Positions 63,017-64,000 of a stretch of DNA of 64,000 nt are shown here, piece after piece. Every line of letters begins with the position of its first letter. Within the stretch, counting starts at the first letter, position 1. The notes below the pieces were generated by a model that was not told where the DNA came from, made no database searches, and saw only the letters and a program-made list of their open reading frames with translations. A program made the position numbers and the translations under genes. Origin of the DNA: Crocinitomicaceae bacterium (lineage in GTDB: Bacteria > Bacteroidota > Bacteroidia > Flavobacteriales_D > Crocinitomicaceae); contig JBIIWA010000015.1 of assembly GCA_044339115.1 (NCBI GenBank), positions 4,818 to 68,817 of the forward strand, read 5' to 3'.

Positions 63017-64000
63017 TCACTTTCGTTTTTTCCATTTATTCAAAAATTTTCTTTTTTTGTCAGGAAATAAATAAGCAACAAGGGGAACAGCCAAAGAGAG
63101 AAGTAGGGTGGAGACTAAGAAATAAAATCCAAACTTGCCCCATTTCAAGGATTTCCGTGTGTTTTCCATAAAACCAAAAACGGGTTCTATGCTACTTATT
63201 GAAGTCATGGCGCCAACTACAGCAAGTAACATGTTTGATCGTTTTTGCTGTTCTTCTTGGATCGCTTGAGAAATGCGATTAATACGTTCTTGAAATTGTT
63301 TTAATTCAGTGTCAATTTGAAGGCTTTTCCTTAAACCATGATAAATTAGATTTGGCAAGAAATTATAGGAAATATGACTGATATTATAGGTATTTAAATA
63401 AGATTCAAATTCATCTCGCGTTTTCACAGAATCGGCTATCATATTAGAATTATAGCGGAACAAATTGTATTTCAAGAATAGGTTGTATAGGTAAATTCTA
63501 AAATACATATTAGAAATCGTATTGTATTTCCCTTTCTGTTGTTCCTCATTTCCATTTAGTAAATTATATCCAACTGTAGTAAAGGAATCAAACAATGGCA
63601 ACATAGCATAATTTTGAAACACCTCTATTTTATCCGTCATTATCTCTTCAAAGTAAGAATTACTTGGTGTTAATGCGTGGCTCCCATTGGCAGCATTTAT
63701 AGGAGAAACTGTTCCGATATCATAAAGTAGTTCACTGATAACTTCGGGAGCTTTAATTTCATCACATTCTACCAAATCAACTACTGTAAATAATTTAAAT
63801 TTCGAACCTGAAAATTCATCCACATTTACGGGAGCATCTTTTGGGCTAGAACTTATTTTTATGTTATTTAAACAGTTCTTTTCAATCCAATTCACCCATT
63901 CTGTAGTTTCTCCGTCAAAAATCACTTCTTTATTAAAGTCCCTTGCGCAATTTGTTAGCTCTGAAATTTCTGATAATCGCTGTTCAGGAGAATAGAGTTC
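63017..64000 (-). CDS. hypothetical protein with coiled coil and two C-terminal TM helices (CorA-like topology); 5' end outside the window
   Basis: The reading frame stays open from 63925 to nt 64000 (ELYSPEQRLSEISELTNCARDFNKE-VIFDG...), so the GTG at 63925 is probably not the start. C-terminus: MLLAVVGAMTSISSIEPVFGFMEN...FGFYFLVSTLLLSLAVPLVAYLF, then a KKRK tail. Confidence 0.5.
   Translation of the reverse strand, partial: ELYSPEQRLSEISELTNCARDFNKEVIFDGETTEWVNWIEKNCLNNIKISSSPKDAPVNVDEFSGSKFKLFTVVDLVECDEIKAPEVISELLYDIGTVSPINAANGSHALTPSNSYFEEIMTDKIEVFQNYAMLPLFDSFTTVGYNLLNGNEEQQKGKYNTISNMYFRIYLYNLFLKYNLFRYNSNMIADSVKTRDEFESYLNTYNISHISYNFLPNLIYHGLRKSLQIDTELKQFQERINRISQAIQEEQQKRSNMLLAVVGAMTSISSIEPVFGFMENTRKSLKWGKFGFYFLVSTLLLSLAVPLVAYLFPDKKRKFLNKWKKRK

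Noticed and set aside
62986-63171. 61-aa plus-strand ORF overlapping the 3' end of the minus-strand gene 63017-64000
   Set aside because: It is low-complexity, overlaps the TM-encoding end of a longer ORF, and has no upstream signal.
384-63171. The remaining 60-110-aa ORFs of the track that lie inside or antisense to longer genes (for example 384-608, 1417-1617, 3648-3854, 5844-6098, 12368-12598, 13750-13965, 17378-17587, 20611-20814, 21421-21642, 22117-22350, 22528-22794, 23360-23770, 25426-25677, 29847-30107, 31210-31416, 32488-32673, 36422-36619, 37141-37332, 40014-40268, 41405-41653, 44279-44542, 45157-45486, 47882-48527, 49048-49239, 53538-53777, 57067-57285, 58306-58491, 59925-60116)
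   Set aside because: All are nested in better-supported genes and none shows a recognisable motif. They are treated as non-coding.
1-64000. Search by eye for CRISPR arrays, rRNA/tRNA genes, IS elements, integrases and reverse transcriptases (DGR/retron)
   Set aside because: I saw no regularly spaced repeats, no cloverleaf-compatible intergenic segment and no recombinase- or RT-like ORF. Intergenic space is small except in the AT-rich gaps at 37.3, 41.7 and 42.8 kb, which lack structure. A tRNAscan/Infernal run would be needed for certainty.

Overview
This is a low-GC, tightly packed bacterial chromosome segment, almost certainly Bacteroidota. The evidence is two T9SS C-terminal sorting domains, a FISUMP-type lipoprotein, an OstA-like protein and frequent TTG/GTG starts.

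Positions 1 to about 37.3 kb are ordinary housekeeping and envelope genes. They include fahA (partial), a RelA/SpoT homologue, purA-STAS-fur, ettA, prmC, ligA, dapA, a VanX-like dipeptidase and an RluF-like pseudouridine synthase. Also present are two S8 peptidases, an S9 peptidase, a cluster of two sulfotransferases plus a TMTC-like protein, and a cluster of AAC(3)-like, deacetylase-like, FemAB-like and SDR genes.

From about 37.3 kb to the window end the content becomes accessory:
- a class II Fic protein;
- an MNT/HepT toxin-antitoxin cassette whose HepT is frameshifted in a homopolymer and which is bracketed by ~87-bp direct repeats;
- an orphan nuclease-like gene in AT-rich DNA;
- a translationally coupled membrane/envelope operon at 43.2-49.5 kb (DUF4407-like pair, OmpA-like, transglutaminase-like);
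- an 11.4-kb coupled operon at 50.55-61.94 kb, the most interesting element.

This last operon reads like a STAND/NLR-type NTPase system split over several polypeptides:
- two giant proteins share a ~92% identical 154-aa N-terminal module resembling a STAND helical/winged-helix segment, followed by unrelated AT-rich sensor-like arms;
- a UDG family-6-like protein;
- two tandem Rx4H (HEPN-like) + P-loop paralogues, one of them degenerate;
- a multi-TM protein.

I do not recognise this layout as any named defence system. No rRNA, tRNA, CRISPR array, integrase or transposase was recognised. All family calls come from motif recognition by eye, not from searches.
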